Shown: positions 39,305 through 50,820, counted from the stretch's first letter. The stretch is 54,396 bases of DNA from Candidatus Bathyarchaeia archaeon (GCA_049969855.1 JBMFOB010000008.1:1-54396); one strand, 5' to 3'. Numbers and translations: made by a program. The notes: generated by a model from the letters alone, not told the origin.

Positions 39305-40852
39305 TCAAAAGTATTTTGTAGCCGTTTGCACTTGCCTGTTCAATTTGTTGAATCTTTCTTTCGCAATCTTTATCAGCGCTTTCCTTAATGTTTCCCCCTT
39401 CATTTTTGTGAGCCTCATTTTCTTCAGTTGTTCCGTCAATTTTCTGTCATGAAGCGATTTTTCTGCCCAACGCTCAAAATCTCCACGATTGCCATGGAAT
39501 TCTAAAGATTTCGTGTTGATTTTTTGAAGCGCTTTTATGAAACCTTTCAAACTCCATGCCATAGTTCCTGTGAAATTTTCTTCGCCAACACCCGTGTAAA
39601 ATAGGAATGGTTCATCCGCAGCAATCGATGCAAGTCGCACTCTATTTTCAAAGTCAAGTATGGCGGCTTGTGCGGTTACGAAGGCATCCATTGGCGAGTT
39701 GAATGGGCTGAAATAAGAGTGAACTTCTCCTGGTGCTCCGCCTGCAGTGAACATGTAGTAAAGGTGGTCGCTTGTCTGGAAGTATCTCCAAATTTTCAGA
39801 AAATCTCCATCTTCAGCTTCCTTAACGAGGGGTTCAAGTTTTCTCACATTCGTGTAGTAAGCCCACTGCATGGTGTTTCCAAGCCAACAGCTTGCATCCC
39901 TCTCCAAATCAGCCCAAGAAACAGTTCCACCAAGTTCGGGAACATCAATTTCTCCAATGGGCTGATATTTTTCCACAACCTCCGAAGGTGTAGCCATGTG
40001 TAGATGCCACCACTTCAGAATCTCCTCGGGCAAATGTCTTAGAAAGTCATGTATGCCAGTTTCTGGCCAGTGATGTTCACCAAAGGTTTCGTAGTCTGGG
40101 AAGATGTTAATGCAGTGGCCTGGGGTTGCTGCCAGCCAGCTTGCGTATTTGTCTGCTGTTAGTGGCCATTCGCTCCACCATCTTGCTGAAAATCTGAAGC
40201 CTATGTCGTCGGTTAGTTTGTAATTTCGTAGTAATATTTTGATTTTTGTGCATCCTTTTGGTGTATAAAGATGGTTTGGCGATTTTTCGTGCAGTATTCT
40301 TTCGGCGCCTTCTGTGAATATTCCTTTGAACCCCATTTTTTCTATGGTTCTTGCAACGGCATTGTTGTATAGTAACTCGGTGTTTTCGAAAACTTTAGGT
40401 GCAAATCCAAGGAGGTCTTTCGTTATTTGTTGATGCATTTCTACTTGTTCTATAAATTCTTCTTTTTGTGGGTAAAGGCTTGCCAGCGAGTGATAATATG
40501 TTTGGCTTAAAAATTCCACGCAGCCAGTTTCAGCGAGTTGCTTGAAGGATTCTAAAAGATCTTTGTTAAACATTTCGCACTGTTCTAAAAATATTCCTGA
40601 AATGCTGAACGAAACCTTTACTCGTTTTTTCTCCCTTTTATGTTTATCAATCAGTTCAAGCAGTATGTTGTTTGATGGGAAATAACATTTTTTGCATGCT
40701 CTTTCGAAGACATCCCTGTTTACTGCAAGGTCAAAATAATAATCGAAGAGTTCCTTCTTTCTTAGGCGTTTAAAAATTTTGTTTTCCCAAAAGAAGCTTC
40801 TTTTTAATCTGTGGGGTTGATGGACTTCGAATACGAGTACGATATCAGTCAA
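39305..40852 (-). CDS. GH57 alpha-amylase-like hydrolase with C-terminal DUF5752-like domain
   Basis: FEVHQP, QTYYHSL, NTELLY, DYETFGEH, SWAD, QTSDH; tail SLEFH..RGDFERW. Confidence 0.9.
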   Translation of the reverse strand: MTDIVLVFEVHQPHRLKRSFFWENKIFKRLRKKELFDYYFDLAVNRDVFERACKKCYFPSNNILLELIDKHKREKKRVKVSFSISGIFLEQCEMFNKDLLESFKQLAETGCVEFLSQTYYHSLASLYPQKEEFIEQVEMHQQITKDLLGFAPKVFENTELLYNNAVARTIEKMGFKGIFTEGAERILHEKSPNHLYTPKGCTKIKILLRNYKLTDDIGFRFSARWWSEWPLTADKYASWLAATPGHCINIFPDYETFGEHHWPETGIHDFLRHLPEEILKWWHLHMATPSEVVEKYQPIGEIDVPELGGTVSWADLERDASCWLGNTMQWAYYTNVRKLEPLVKEAEDGDFLKIWRYFQTSDHLYYMFTAGGAPGEVHSYFSPFNSPMDAFVTAQAAILDFENRVRLASIAADEPFLFYTGVGEENFTGTMAWSLKGFIKALQKINTKSLEFHGNRGDFERWAEKSLHDRKLTEQLKKMRLTKMKGETLRKALIKIAKERFNKLNRQVQTATKYF

Positions 40853-41006
40853 ATTTTTAGCCTCTTCTCTTTATTTATCATTTAAGTGTTTATTTCTAAT
40901 TTGCTATGCGAAAATTGGCGGCGGAAAGTTTAGGTCGGATTCGAATTTTGAATTCATAATCTATTTATCCATTACACCAACTCTTTTAAAGCAAAGGTGA
41001 ACTCGT

Positions 41007-41669
41007 GTGTCCATCGAAAAAATTAGGGTAGAAAGTCATCAAGAACTGGAGCAAATGATAACTAATGAGATAAGCCAGATAGAAAAGGGTTTGACTGTTA
41101 TTTGCAGCAACGTTCCAATAAACGAACGGGCAGCTTTAGACATTTTATGCCACGACAGCAACGGGCAACTTGTTATTCTTCAACTGGACGTAAACGAAGA
41201 CGACATTATGCTTTTGCATGGAATACAAAGCTTAGATTACGTTGACAAGTTCAAATCATTTCTAAAAGCCACCTACAACAAACACAAAATAGATGACAAA
41301 GAAAAGCCAAGGCTAATTTTGATTGCGCCAAGCTTTTCAGATGCGGTGCGACGTGCAGTTGAAAGCATGAAGGGTATACGCATCGACTTGTACGAGTGGG
41401 AATACTTAAAACTTGGAGACCATAAGGGCCTCCGTCTCCAACCCATTTTTACTTGGAAGCCTATGGAAAAACCGAAGGAAGAAAAGCCTGCTGAGAAGAA
41501 GCGTGAAGTAAAACCTTTGAAGAAAAAGGAACCTGAGCCAAGCGAAAAGAAGGAAGAGCCAGAACCGCCAAAGGAAGAGTTTCCAGCACCTCCACCAGAA
41601 GACAAACCAAAAGAAGAAGCCCCTATGCTGCACAAGGAAGAGCCAAAGAGGAAGCTAAAACTATTCTAA
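41007..41669 (+). CDS. NucS/DUF91-like fold protein with degenerate active site and Pro/Glu/Lys-rich tail
   Basis: LDILCHDSNGQLVILQL...PRLILIAPSFS...LYEW; low-complexity C-terminus ending KLKLF. Confidence 0.65.
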   Translation: MSIEKIRVESHQELEQMITNEISQIEKGLTVICSNVPINERAALDILCHDSNGQLVILQLDVNEDDIMLLHGIQSLDYVDKFKSFLKATYNKHKIDDKEKPRLILIAPSFSDAVRRAVESMKGIRIDLYEWEYLKLGDHKGLRLQPIFTWKPMEKPKEEKPAEKKREVKPLKKKEPEPSEKKEEPEPPKEEFPAPPPEDKPKEEAPMLHKEEPKRKLKLF

Positions 41670-41736
41670 AAACGCCAAAGCCTATAATATCATTCGCTTC
41701 TTAAGAATTCTCCTAAGAAATGTTACTGGTGATTTT

Positions 41737-43035
41737 TTGAGAATTGGATTTTTTGTTTGGGAATATCCACCTGCGCTTGTGGGCGGCTTAGGCACTTATG
41801 CAGAATATATAACTCGTGAATTTGTTTCTATGGGAAATGATGTAACCGTTTTTACGCTTAACCCTGGAAACCTGAAAACCAGAGAAATAATAAAAGGCGT
41901 TGAGGTTCACAGACCCTTAATTGCAGATGCAAGCAATGTTTTTCCAATGTTCGTCATTGACGACTTGAAAAAGTGGGGAACAAACATTCGCTTGTTCAAT
42001 GACATTTTCATTTATAACATATTGAGCGCAACCAAATTCATAAACAGCATGCTCAAAAAGGAAGGATGCAACTACGACGTGGTTTGCGTGCATGACTGGC
42101 TTAGCAGTATAGCCGGCATCATAGTGAAAAATGAAACAAAAGTTCCAATGGCATTTCATGTTCACAGCACCGAATGGGGTAGAAGCGGAGGAACAGGCTC
42201 CGAAGTTGTCTCATATCTTGAATGGGCAACAGCCCAAAGAGCTGACAAAATAATAACGGTAAGCCATGCCATGCAAGAAGACTTGGTGAGGCATGGATGG
42301 CCAAAATCAAAAATAAGTGTTGTCTGGAATGGAGTGGACCCAGCACGTTACAATCCTAAAAACTGCAAGCCCGAAGAAATAGAGGCTATCCGAAGTAGGT
42401 ATGGCATTAAACCTGACGAGAAAATGCTTCTTTTTCTTGGAAGGCTGACGTGGGTGAAGGGTGTTGGAAACTTGATTCAAGCGATGCCAATGGTTCTGGA
42501 GGAGTATCCAAAAACTAAGCTTGTGGTTTTGGGAAAAGGTGAACAGCAAAACGACATAATTGAAACTGCAAATAGGCTTGGAATAAGCAGCAAAGTTGCC
42601 TACAGATTCGACTTTGTGCCAGAAAAAGAACGCATTTTACACTATGCAGCGGCTGACGTTTGCATTTTCCCATCAACGTACGAGCCTTTTGGAATAGTTA
42701 GCTTAGAAGCCATGTCCATGGCTAAACCATTAGTTGTAGGAGCCCAAGGCGTCGTCGGCTTCAGAGAACAAGTCATCTCATGCGGACCAGACCAAAACGG
42801 CGTGCACGTAAACGGCGGAAATGCGGCTGACATTGCATGGGGCATAAAAGAAGTCTTAAGCGATTATGAAAGGGCTAAAAAATGGGGAGAAAACGGTAGA
42901 AAACGGGTGCTGCAATATTTTACATGGAAAAAAGTTGCAGAACAAACTTTGCAAATATATGATATGCTTCAACATCCACAAGAAGAAGGAGAATCCAAAA
43001 TAGTAGATTTGATGGAGAAGTTGACAAGGACATAA
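41737..43035 (+). CDS. GT4 glycosyltransferase (glycogen synthase-like)
   Basis: WEYPP..GGLG, VHDW, HSTE, GRLTWVKG, YEPFGIVSLEAM. Confidence 0.9.
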   Translation: MRIGFFVWEYPPALVGGLGTYAEYITREFVSMGNDVTVFTLNPGNLKTREIIKGVEVHRPLIADASNVFPMFVIDDLKKWGTNIRLFNDIFIYNILSATKFINSMLKKEGCNYDVVCVHDWLSSIAGIIVKNETKVPMAFHVHSTEWGRSGGTGSEVVSYLEWATAQRADKIITVSHAMQEDLVRHGWPKSKISVVWNGVDPARYNPKNCKPEEIEAIRSRYGIKPDEKMLLFLGRLTWVKGVGNLIQAMPMVLEEYPKTKLVVLGKGEQQNDIIETANRLGISSKVAYRFDFVPEKERILHYAAADVCIFPSTYEPFGIVSLEAMSMAKPLVVGAQGVVGFREQVISCGPDQNGVHVNGGNAADIAWGIKEVLSDYERAKKWGENGRKRVLQYFTWKKVAEQTLQIYDMLQHPQEEGESKIVDLMEKLTRT

Positions 43036-43046
43036 AAACGGGAAAG

Positions 43047-44285
43047 TTAAGTTCTTTTAGCTGCTGCTTTTTCTAGAGCTACTACGCCGGGCAACTTTTT
43101 GCCCATGAGAAATTCTATTAGCGCACCGCCAGCGGTGCTAACATAGGAAATCTTTTTTGATAATCCAAACTTCTCTAGGGCTGAGATTGTGTGTCCGCCT
43201 CCAGCTAGTGAGAATGCTTTTGATTTGACTATTTCTTCAAAAACCCTCTTGGTTCCGAAGATGAAATTGCTGTTTTCGAAAACTCCCATGGGTCCGCTTA
43301 CTACAATTGATTTTGCAGCCCTTATCGTAGTAGCATAATCCTCCACTGTTTTTGCGCCAATGTCAAATATTTGATAATCTACTGGCAACTCATTGATTGA
43401 AACTTCTTTCCTTTTTCCATTAACCTCTACAGCCACATCCTTGGGCGTTTTAATCTTGTCTGGATACTTTTGCATTAGCTCTTTTATGCCTGGCACTAAA
43501 CCCATAAGCTCTTTCTTCTCTAAAAATTCCATGTTTGGTTTGCCAAGGTTTACGCCCTTTGCCGCTAAGAAGACATGTCCGACGACGCCGCCTGTTAAAA
43601 TGTAATCCGCTATTTTATTGTTTAATACATATCTTGATATTTCCAGAGAGTCGTCAGCTTTTGCTCCTCCGAGAATGAATACGCATGGTTTTTCTGGGTT
43701 CTCCAAGACTTTGCTTAGGGATTTCAGTTCTCTTTCCATTATGCGTCCTGCAACGCTTGGCAAAACTGCCGTAAAACCTATTATTGAAACATGCGCTCTG
43801 TGGGCTGCTGCAAAAGCATCATTCACAAATAATTGGGCTAGTGGAGCCAAATTTTTAACAAGTTCTGTTTTTGCATGTTCTTCTGGGGTTCCCTCTTTTG
43901 TTTCATTCGCATATGTTCTAACATTTTCTAGGACAAGGATTTCGCCATCTTTCAAATTTTTGATTGCATTTTTGGCTTTTTCACCGAAAACATCATCCAC
44001 ATATTTGACTGGTTTGCCCAAAATTCTGCCAAGAATTTCCGCATGCTGTTTTAACGGTATAAAATCCGGGTCGCCTTTCCGTCCTTGATGCGCCAAAACC
44101 ACAACCCTTGCGCCTTTATTTGCCAACTCTTTTATTGTTGTTTCACCATGGGCTCGGATTCTCACATCTTCCAAGACTTTTTTGGTTTCTGGATCTACTG
44201 GAGAGTTGAAGTCTACTCGTAAAAGCACAACTTTGCCTTTAACTTGCACGTCATCAAGGGTTAGAAACTTTACCATTTTTCTCAC
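43047..44285 (-). CDS. pgk: Phosphoglycerate kinase
   Basis: LRVDFNSP, AHQGR, LENVR, NDAFAAAHR, GPMGVFE, GGGH, STAGGA. Confidence 0.97.
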   Translation of the reverse strand: MRKMVKFLTLDDVQVKGKVVLLRVDFNSPVDPETKKVLEDVRIRAHGETTIKELANKGARVVVLAHQGRKGDPDFIPLKQHAEILGRILGKPVKYVDDVFGEKAKNAIKNLKDGEILVLENVRTYANETKEGTPEEHAKTELVKNLAPLAQLFVNDAFAAAHRAHVSIIGFTAVLPSVAGRIMERELKSLSKVLENPEKPCVFILGGAKADDSLEISRYVLNNKIADYILTGGVVGHVFLAAKGVNLGKPNMEFLEKKELMGLVPGIKELMQKYPDKIKTPKDVAVEVNGKRKEVSINELPVDYQIFDIGAKTVEDYATTIRAAKSIVVSGPMGVFENSNFIFGTKRVFEEIVKSKAFSLAGGGHTISALEKFGLSKKISYVSTAGGALIEFLMGKKLPGVVALEKAAAKRT

Positions 44286-44320
44286 CTCATATTGAAAAGA
44301 AAAATTAGGGAAGGTGAAGG

Positions 44321-45334
<1,014 letters not shown>

Positions 45335-45430
45335 TTACTTTTTCACCTACTTTGGCTTTGAATTATCTAATCGATGTTTTCTCCTAATTAATTTTCCGAC
45401 TGTCCTTTTTAGAGGAAGTATGAATTAGGT

Positions 45431-46786
45431 TTAGCGTAGTTTCATTAGAACCATTTCTGCAGCCAAAACCATTGGTTCCCAAGTTTCGCAAAGCGGCGGC
45501 GCATAAGCAGTGTCCGCCTTTGCCAGTTCTCTCACTGTCATCTGTTTTTGTATGGCGAATGATATGGCGTTTATGCGTTGGGTTACTTCTTCTCCGCCGA
45601 TGATTTGGGCGCCAATTATTCTTTGCGACTCTTTTTCAACAACAAGCTTCACTTTTATTGGCAAGGCGCCAGGGTAATAGTCAGCTTTTGTTTTAGAAGC
45701 AATTATTCCAGTTACAGTTTCAATTCTTGCCCTTTGGGCAGCATTTTCAGTCAAACCCGTCACACCTACGTCCATGTCAAAAAGCCTTGTTACAGCAGAG
45801 CCTAAAACTCCCGTGAAGAGCGCATAACCGCCAGCGGCGTTTATTCCAGCAACTTTCCCTTGTCTCACAGCCACCGTGCCTAATTGTGGCAAGGCTGGTT
45901 TTTGAGTGACAATGTGTGTGGCTTCTGCGCAGTCGCCTACTGCGTAAATGTCTTTAAGGTTTGTTTCCATTCTAGCGTTTGTTTTTATAGCCTTTGTTTC
46001 TCCCAATGCTACGCCAGCGTTAGCAGCAAGTTGGGTGTTGGCTCTCACGCCAAAGGCGCTTATGAATAAGTCAGCGTTGATTTGTTCGCCTCCAGCCATT
46101 ATTCCAGTCACTTTTTCTGTTCCAAGAAATTCTTCAACGCCTTTTCCCGTTAGGATATTTATTCCCTTCTCTTGCAGCATTTCCTGAACCATTTTCGCCA
46201 TGTCAGCGTCAAGCATCATTGGCAATATTTGTGGCAGAAGCTCCACAACCGTTGTTTTTAAGCCTCTTTCAGTGAGGGCTACAGCCATCTCTAAGCCTAT
46301 TAAGCCGGCTCCCATAATTACGGCTGTTTTTGCTCCGTTTCTGATGGCTTGTTCAATTTTTTCGCCGTCTTCCAGTGTTCGAAGTGAATGTATTCCTTGT
46401 TTTTCTTTGCCTTTTATTGGTGGCATGAAGGAGCTTGCGCCTGTAGCTAATATTAGGCTGTCGTAGGGGATGGTTTCTGTTTTTCCAGTTTTATCTACTG
46501 TTTCAATGGTTTTGTTTTGGGCATTTATGGCTGTTACTTCTGTTTCGGTTTTGAGGTTTAGTTTCATCATTTGGAAGTATGCTGGTGGAAAAACAATGAG
46601 GTTTTGGAAGTTTGGTATTTGTCCGCCTATCACGAAGGGGAGTCCACAGCGTGAGTAGCCCGCATTTTTTTCCTCAGTTATTAAGGTGATTTCTGCTGTG
46701 CGGTCTGTTTTTCTTGCGGCTGCTGCTGCGTCCACTCCAGCAGCGTGGGCGCCTATTATGACTATACGTCTCGGCATAATTTTCAT
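45431..46786 (-). CDS. NADH oxidase / CoA-disulfide reductase family flavoprotein
   Basis: IIGAHAAG, YSRCGLP (single redox Cys), ATG, GAGLIGLE, YAVGD, AYAPP. Confidence 0.85.
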   Translation of the reverse strand: MKIMPRRIVIIGAHAAGVDAAAAARKTDRTAEITLITEEKNAGYSRCGLPFVIGGQIPNFQNLIVFPPAYFQMMKLNLKTETEVTAINAQNKTIETVDKTGKTETIPYDSLILATGASSFMPPIKGKEKQGIHSLRTLEDGEKIEQAIRNGAKTAVIMGAGLIGLEMAVALTERGLKTTVVELLPQILPMMLDADMAKMVQEMLQEKGINILTGKGVEEFLGTEKVTGIMAGGEQINADLFISAFGVRANTQLAANAGVALGETKAIKTNARMETNLKDIYAVGDCAEATHIVTQKPALPQLGTVAVRQGKVAGINAAGGYALFTGVLGSAVTRLFDMDVGVTGLTENAAQRARIETVTGIIASKTKADYYPGALPIKVKLVVEKESQRIIGAQIIGGEEVTQRINAISFAIQKQMTVRELAKADTAYAPPLCETWEPMVLAAEMVLMKLR

Positions 46787-46788
46787 CT

Positions 46789-47208
46789 TTATTTTGTTAA
46801 CGTTTTATGCCACTCCACCGCTTGGTTAAAGTTCATTAGGTTAGCCAGTTCGCCTTGCAAATTTGACGGTTTTATAATGAGCAGCCAGCCTTTTCCATAT
46901 GGGTCTTCGTTTAACACTTCAGGTTTTGATTGAACTTCTGCGTTTACTTCTAATACTTCTCCGCTTATTGGTGCAACCAAATCTGAAACGGCTTTTACGG
47001 ATTCCACTGTTCCGTATGGTTCGTTCTGTTTTGTTGTTGTTCCGGGGCTTGGCAACTCTGCATAGACAATTTCTCTGAGTTGTTTTTGAGCGTAGTCTGT
47101 AATGCCTACTCTAACTTTGTCTCCTTCAATTTTCAGCCATTCAAACTCTTTTGTGTAGTATAATCCTTCTGGCACTTCATATCCGTCTACTTTCACCATA
47201 TTTTCCAC
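46789..47208 (-). CDS. gcvH: Glycine cleavage system H protein (lipoyl carrier)
   Basis: GITDYAQ, VESVKAVSD lipoyl-Lys, NEDPYGKGW. Confidence 0.95.
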   Translation of the reverse strand: MENMVKVDGYEVPEGLYYTKEFEWLKIEGDKVRVGITDYAQKQLREIVYAELPSPGTTTKQNEPYGTVESVKAVSDLVAPISGEVLEVNAEVQSKPEVLNEDPYGKGWLLIIKPSNLQGELANLMNFNQAVEWHKTLTK

Positions 47209-47348
47209 CTCTGATTGGTGCTTATTCTCTTATGTTTTAGCCTTTAAAATTAACTGTCAAAGAAAGGATTATCTATCATGGTGAAGCGAGAAAGATAGAG
47301 ATTTGTGCGCTAAGTTTGACCTAAAGTAAGAAGCAAAAGTGTTAAGCC

Positions 47349-48428
47349 TTACACTTTTCTTTTTCCTTGTATATATTCTTCCACCCACTCTTTTGCGGTG
47401 GAATCTGGCACCTGCAATGGTGGATGCTTAAAAGCGTATGAAGACATGCTTATGAGTGGTCCTGCTATTTTGCGGTCTAATGCGATTTTTACAGCCCTTA
47501 TAACGTCAATCACAACTCCGGCGCTGTTCGGTGAATCCTCAACTTCAAGTTTAACGCTTATGGTTAATGGTCTGTCGCCGAATTTTCTACCTTTAAGCCA
47601 CAAGTAACAAATCTTCTTGTTTCCCAGAAAATGGACATAATCTGAAGGACCTATTCTTGTGGGCAAATCATATGGGACGAGGCTTTTCACGGCTTCTGTC
47701 TTGCTTATGCGCTTGGTTTTTAAACGCTCCTCAACTGTCATATTTAAAAAGTCTGTGTCTCCGCCAAGGTTTAACTGGTAAGTTTCGTCCACAATCACTC
47801 CTCTGTCAACGCATAACCTAACCAAGTTTCGATGCAGAATTGTTGCGCCCAACTGGCTTTTAACATCATCTCCAGCTACTGGCAAACCTTTTTCCTCAAA
47901 TTTTTTGCTCCACGCTGGGTCTGAGGCTATAAATTCTGGTATGCAATTTATGAAGGCGCATCCAGTGTCTAAGGCTGTTTGAGCATAAAATCTGGTGGCG
48001 TTTCGGCTGCCTACTGGTAGATAGTTAACAAGAATGTCTGCTTTGGCTTGTTTCAGAGTTTCCATTACATCCATAGTCTTAACTTCATCACCGTTGTAAA
48101 CTTTGAAGGGTTTTTTCATGTGTTCAGCCACACCGTCCAAAATTGGAGCGGGCGAAACTTTCACGCCCAATGGGGGGACATCTGCGAATTTAGTGGCGCA
48201 ATTTGGTTCGGTGAATATGGCTTCGGACAAATCCTTTCCAATTTTATTTTTGTTGACATCAAAGGCGGCGACAAATTTTATATCCTTTATATGGTATCCG
48301 CCGAAATTTACATGCATGAGCCCCGGCACATTCTCCTTCTCTTCAGCGTCTTTGTAATATTCCACTCCTTGAATCAAAGCGGATGCACTGTTGCCCACGC
48401 CGGCTATTGCTACACGAATTTCTGGCAA
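47349..48428 (-). CDS. ino1: Myo-inositol-1-phosphate synthase
   Basis: GVGNSASAL, NYLPVGS, GDDVKSQLGAT, QLNLGGDTDFLN, DSPNSAG. Confidence 0.95.
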   Translation of the reverse strand: MPEIRVAIAGVGNSASALIQGVEYYKDAEEKENVPGLMHVNFGGYHIKDIKFVAAFDVNKNKIGKDLSEAIFTEPNCATKFADVPPLGVKVSPAPILDGVAEHMKKPFKVYNGDEVKTMDVMETLKQAKADILVNYLPVGSRNATRFYAQTALDTGCAFINCIPEFIASDPAWSKKFEEKGLPVAGDDVKSQLGATILHRNLVRLCVDRGVIVDETYQLNLGGDTDFLNMTVEERLKTKRISKTEAVKSLVPYDLPTRIGPSDYVHFLGNKKICYLWLKGRKFGDRPLTISVKLEVEDSPNSAGVVIDVIRAVKIALDRKIAGPLISMSSYAFKHPPLQVPDSTAKEWVEEYIQGKRKV

Positions 48429-48552
48429 CTCAGTTTTCTCCTTTCAGGCTTTGTTAAGGCTTTAGAACTTGTCTGCTCTATAACTTTTTCTGGAAACATA
48501 GCAAAATTAAAAGGGAACCTTCAGTTATATACAATTTTCGGAGTGCACATTT

Positions 48553-48921
48553 ATGGGCAAAAGTGAAGTGGACATAAAATATGAGCCTTTCAAAGAAATT
48601 GTGGTTATGGAACGCAACTTTTTTTCAACACCAGACGAAATAGCAAGGTTCACCTCCATAATTGCTGGAGGAAAACCCGCAGGTTTATACTGGGCTGAAG
48701 GCGTAGCATTCCTTTATTTTCCTCTTCCAGCATCCACTGAAATAGCTGCGAAAGAGTTAATTGAGAACAGCCGAGTTTATTGGACTTTTGTCGGTTACGC
48801 TTTTATGCCAAAATATCAGTCGACTATTGAAACTAGGGAGAAAATTATTGTTCCAGTCATTGACATGTCTTCTAACCCTCTGTTCCGAAAGGTTGCAAAT
48901 TGGCTAAAAGAACAAAAATAG
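48553..48921 (+). CDS. Conserved hypothetical protein
   Basis: 122-aa ORF with LYWAEG...IVPVID, overlapping ribK. Confidence 0.7.
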   Translation: MGKSEVDIKYEPFKEIVVMERNFFSTPDEIARFTSIIAGGKPAGLYWAEGVAFLYFPLPASTEIAAKELIENSRVYWTFVGYAFMPKYQSTIETREKIIVPVIDMSSNPLFRKVANWLKEQK

Positions 48922-49307
48922 CCGCAATACAGTTTGAAGGCAAAATTTTCTCAGGAACAGGCGAAGGTGCAAAATTCGTTAGTCTTCCATGGGTAAAAAG
49001 GCAAATAACCAAAAAACTCGGTTTCACTCCATATCCAGGCACATTAAACATAAAACTAACAGAAGATAGCCTAAACTTCAAAGAATTGTTAAAAAAAGCA
49101 AAAGCAATAGAAATTTCGCCATCTGAAGGTTTTTGTCGTGGAAAATGTTTTGAAGCATATTTTATGGATGCGCTCAAATGCGCTATTGTAATGCCTGATG
49201 TTGCAAATTATCCAGTAGACATCGTAGAAGTCATAGCGCCAATAAATTTGAGGAAAGAATTCAATCTTAAAGATGGCGACTTGGTCAAGGTTAAAATAAT
49301 CCTTTAA
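48900..49307 (+). CDS. ribK: CTP-dependent riboflavin kinase (no HTH domain)
   Basis: SGTGEG, LGFTPYPGTLN, EVIAPINLR..LKDGD. Confidence 0.9.
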   Translation: MAKRTKIAAIQFEGKIFSGTGEGAKFVSLPWVKRQITKKLGFTPYPGTLNIKLTEDSLNFKELLKKAKAIEISPSEGFCRGKCFEAYFMDALKCAIVMPDVANYPVDIVEVIAPINLRKEFNLKDGDLVKVKIIL

Positions 49308-49308
49308 C

Positions 49309-50820
49309 TTATCCTTGTCTTGGCTTAAACTTGAAGAACTCGCTTATGTAATTTTCTAGCAAGTTATACTTTTTCAAATAATCGCCATATTTCACAAGGG
49401 CGTTCATGGCTCTGGCGGAGTCTTCTGGTGAAGCATATGCTGGTATTCCAAGCTTGTCAAATCTGAAACGTGTGTGCAAAGCCATTTCAGTTTCGCCGAT
49501 GTCGCATGCAACTATTGGCTTGTCATATTTGCTTGCAACCTTAGCCACTCTGTCAATGTAGTCTTCTTGCAAGGCTGGAGTATGATGTAAACCGAGCAAT
49601 ATTATGCCGTGAATTTCCGGGTCTTGGAAGAGAATTTCAACAGCTGTTTCAAACATTTCAGATGTTCCTGAGCCTGTTATGTCAACTGGATTGAGATTTG
49701 TTGCAAATTTTGGAAGCGTACCCTCTTCCTTGAGTTTCTCAAATTTTTTAATAGTGTCTTCTGAAAAGCGTTTAACAGCTAGTCCTCTCAATTCGCATTC
49801 GTCAACAGCCATTATGCCTGGACCACCAGCATCTGTAACTATTCCAATGTTTTTACCAGCGGCGGGCGGCTGCATAGCCAAGGCTTTTCCAGCGTCAAAA
49901 AATTCCTCCATGTCCTTTGCCCTTAAAATGCCAGTCTGTACAAAAACAGCGTCGTATATTTGGTCTGAGCCAGCTAAGGCTCCAGTGTGAGAAGCGGCTG
50001 CTCTTGCTCCTGCTTCTGTTCTGCCAGATTTTAGAGCCACTATGGGTTTTTTCTTTGAGACTTCTTTTGCTATTTTTATGAATTTTCTTCCAGATTTTAT
50101 GTCTTCGATGTATAGTAATATTACTCTGGTTTCCTTATCATGGAGTAGATAATGCAGCATTTCAGCCTCATCCACATCACATTTGTTTCCAAAACTTACG
50201 AATTTGCTAACTCCAATTTGTCGACCAGCCAAATAGTCAAGTGCTGAAACGCCGAATGCACCGCTTTGCGTTACCATGGCTATGCTTCCAGGCATTGGAC
50301 GGGGCGTCGCGATAACTTCTTCTCCTGTTGTCAAAACTTTTGTTTCTGGGAGAAAGAGCATGTCAACGCCTGTTCTTGAATCATAAACGCCTAAGCAGTT
50401 TGGTCCCAAAATGCGTATTCCAGCCTTCTTGGCTATTGATAAAACTTCGTTTTCAAGGTCATGTTTTCCTATTTCGCTGAAGCCAGAACTGATTATAACA
50501 ACTGCTTTCACCTTTTTAGATGCAGCATCCTCCATTATTTCTGGCACAACTTCTGCTGGAACAACCACCACAACCGATTCCAATTCTACAGGAATCTGGG
50601 TTAATGAAGGATAACATTGGAATCCTAAAATAAAATCTTCATGAGGGTTTACTGGAAAAACCTCTCCTTTGAAAACTCCTCTTCTCTTATTTTCGGCGAA
50701 ATTTTTGAAAATTACATGTCCTGCCTTGCTTATCTTTTTGGTTGCTCCTACGATGGCGACTGATTTTGGAGCAAAAAATGCATGAAGATTTTCTGTGGCT
50801 GATTCCATATTTGTTTTCAC
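49309..50820 (-). CDS. acdA: ADP-forming acetate--CoA ligase alpha subunit
   Basis: PKSVAIVGA, GPNCLG, QSG, SFGN, AAASHTGALAG (phospho-His), NPVD. Confidence 0.92.
   Translation of the reverse strand: MKTNMESATENLHAFFAPKSVAIVGATKKISKAGHVIFKNFAENKRRGVFKGEVFPVNPHEDFILGFQCYPSLTQIPVELESVVVVVPAEVVPEIMEDAASKKVKAVVIISSGFSEIGKHDLENEVLSIAKKAGIRILGPNCLGVYDSRTGVDMLFLPETKVLTTGEEVIATPRPMPGSIAMVTQSGAFGVSALDYLAGRQIGVSKFVSFGNKCDVDEAEMLHYLLHDKETRVILLYIEDIKSGRKFIKIAKEVSKKKPIVALKSGRTEAGARAAASHTGALAGSDQIYDAVFVQTGILRAKDMEEFFDAGKALAMQPPAAGKNIGIVTDAGGPGIMAVDECELRGLAVKRFSEDTIKKFEKLKEEGTLPKFATNLNPVDITGSGTSEMFETAVEILFQDPEIHGIILLGLHHTPALQEDYIDRVAKVASKYDKPIVACDIGETEMALHTRFRFDKLGIPAYASPEDSARAMNALVKYGDYLKKYNLLENYISEFFKFKPRQG

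Noticed and set aside
40875-40893. TATCAT-N4-GTGTTT resembling the Thermococcales TGM operator
   Set aside because: Wrong spacing and several mismatches to TATCAC-N5-GTGATA
41460-41660. Repetitive GAAGAGCC/AAGGAAG sequence
   Set aside because: Explained by the Pro/Glu/Lys-rich protein tail; not a CRISPR or tandem DNA repeat
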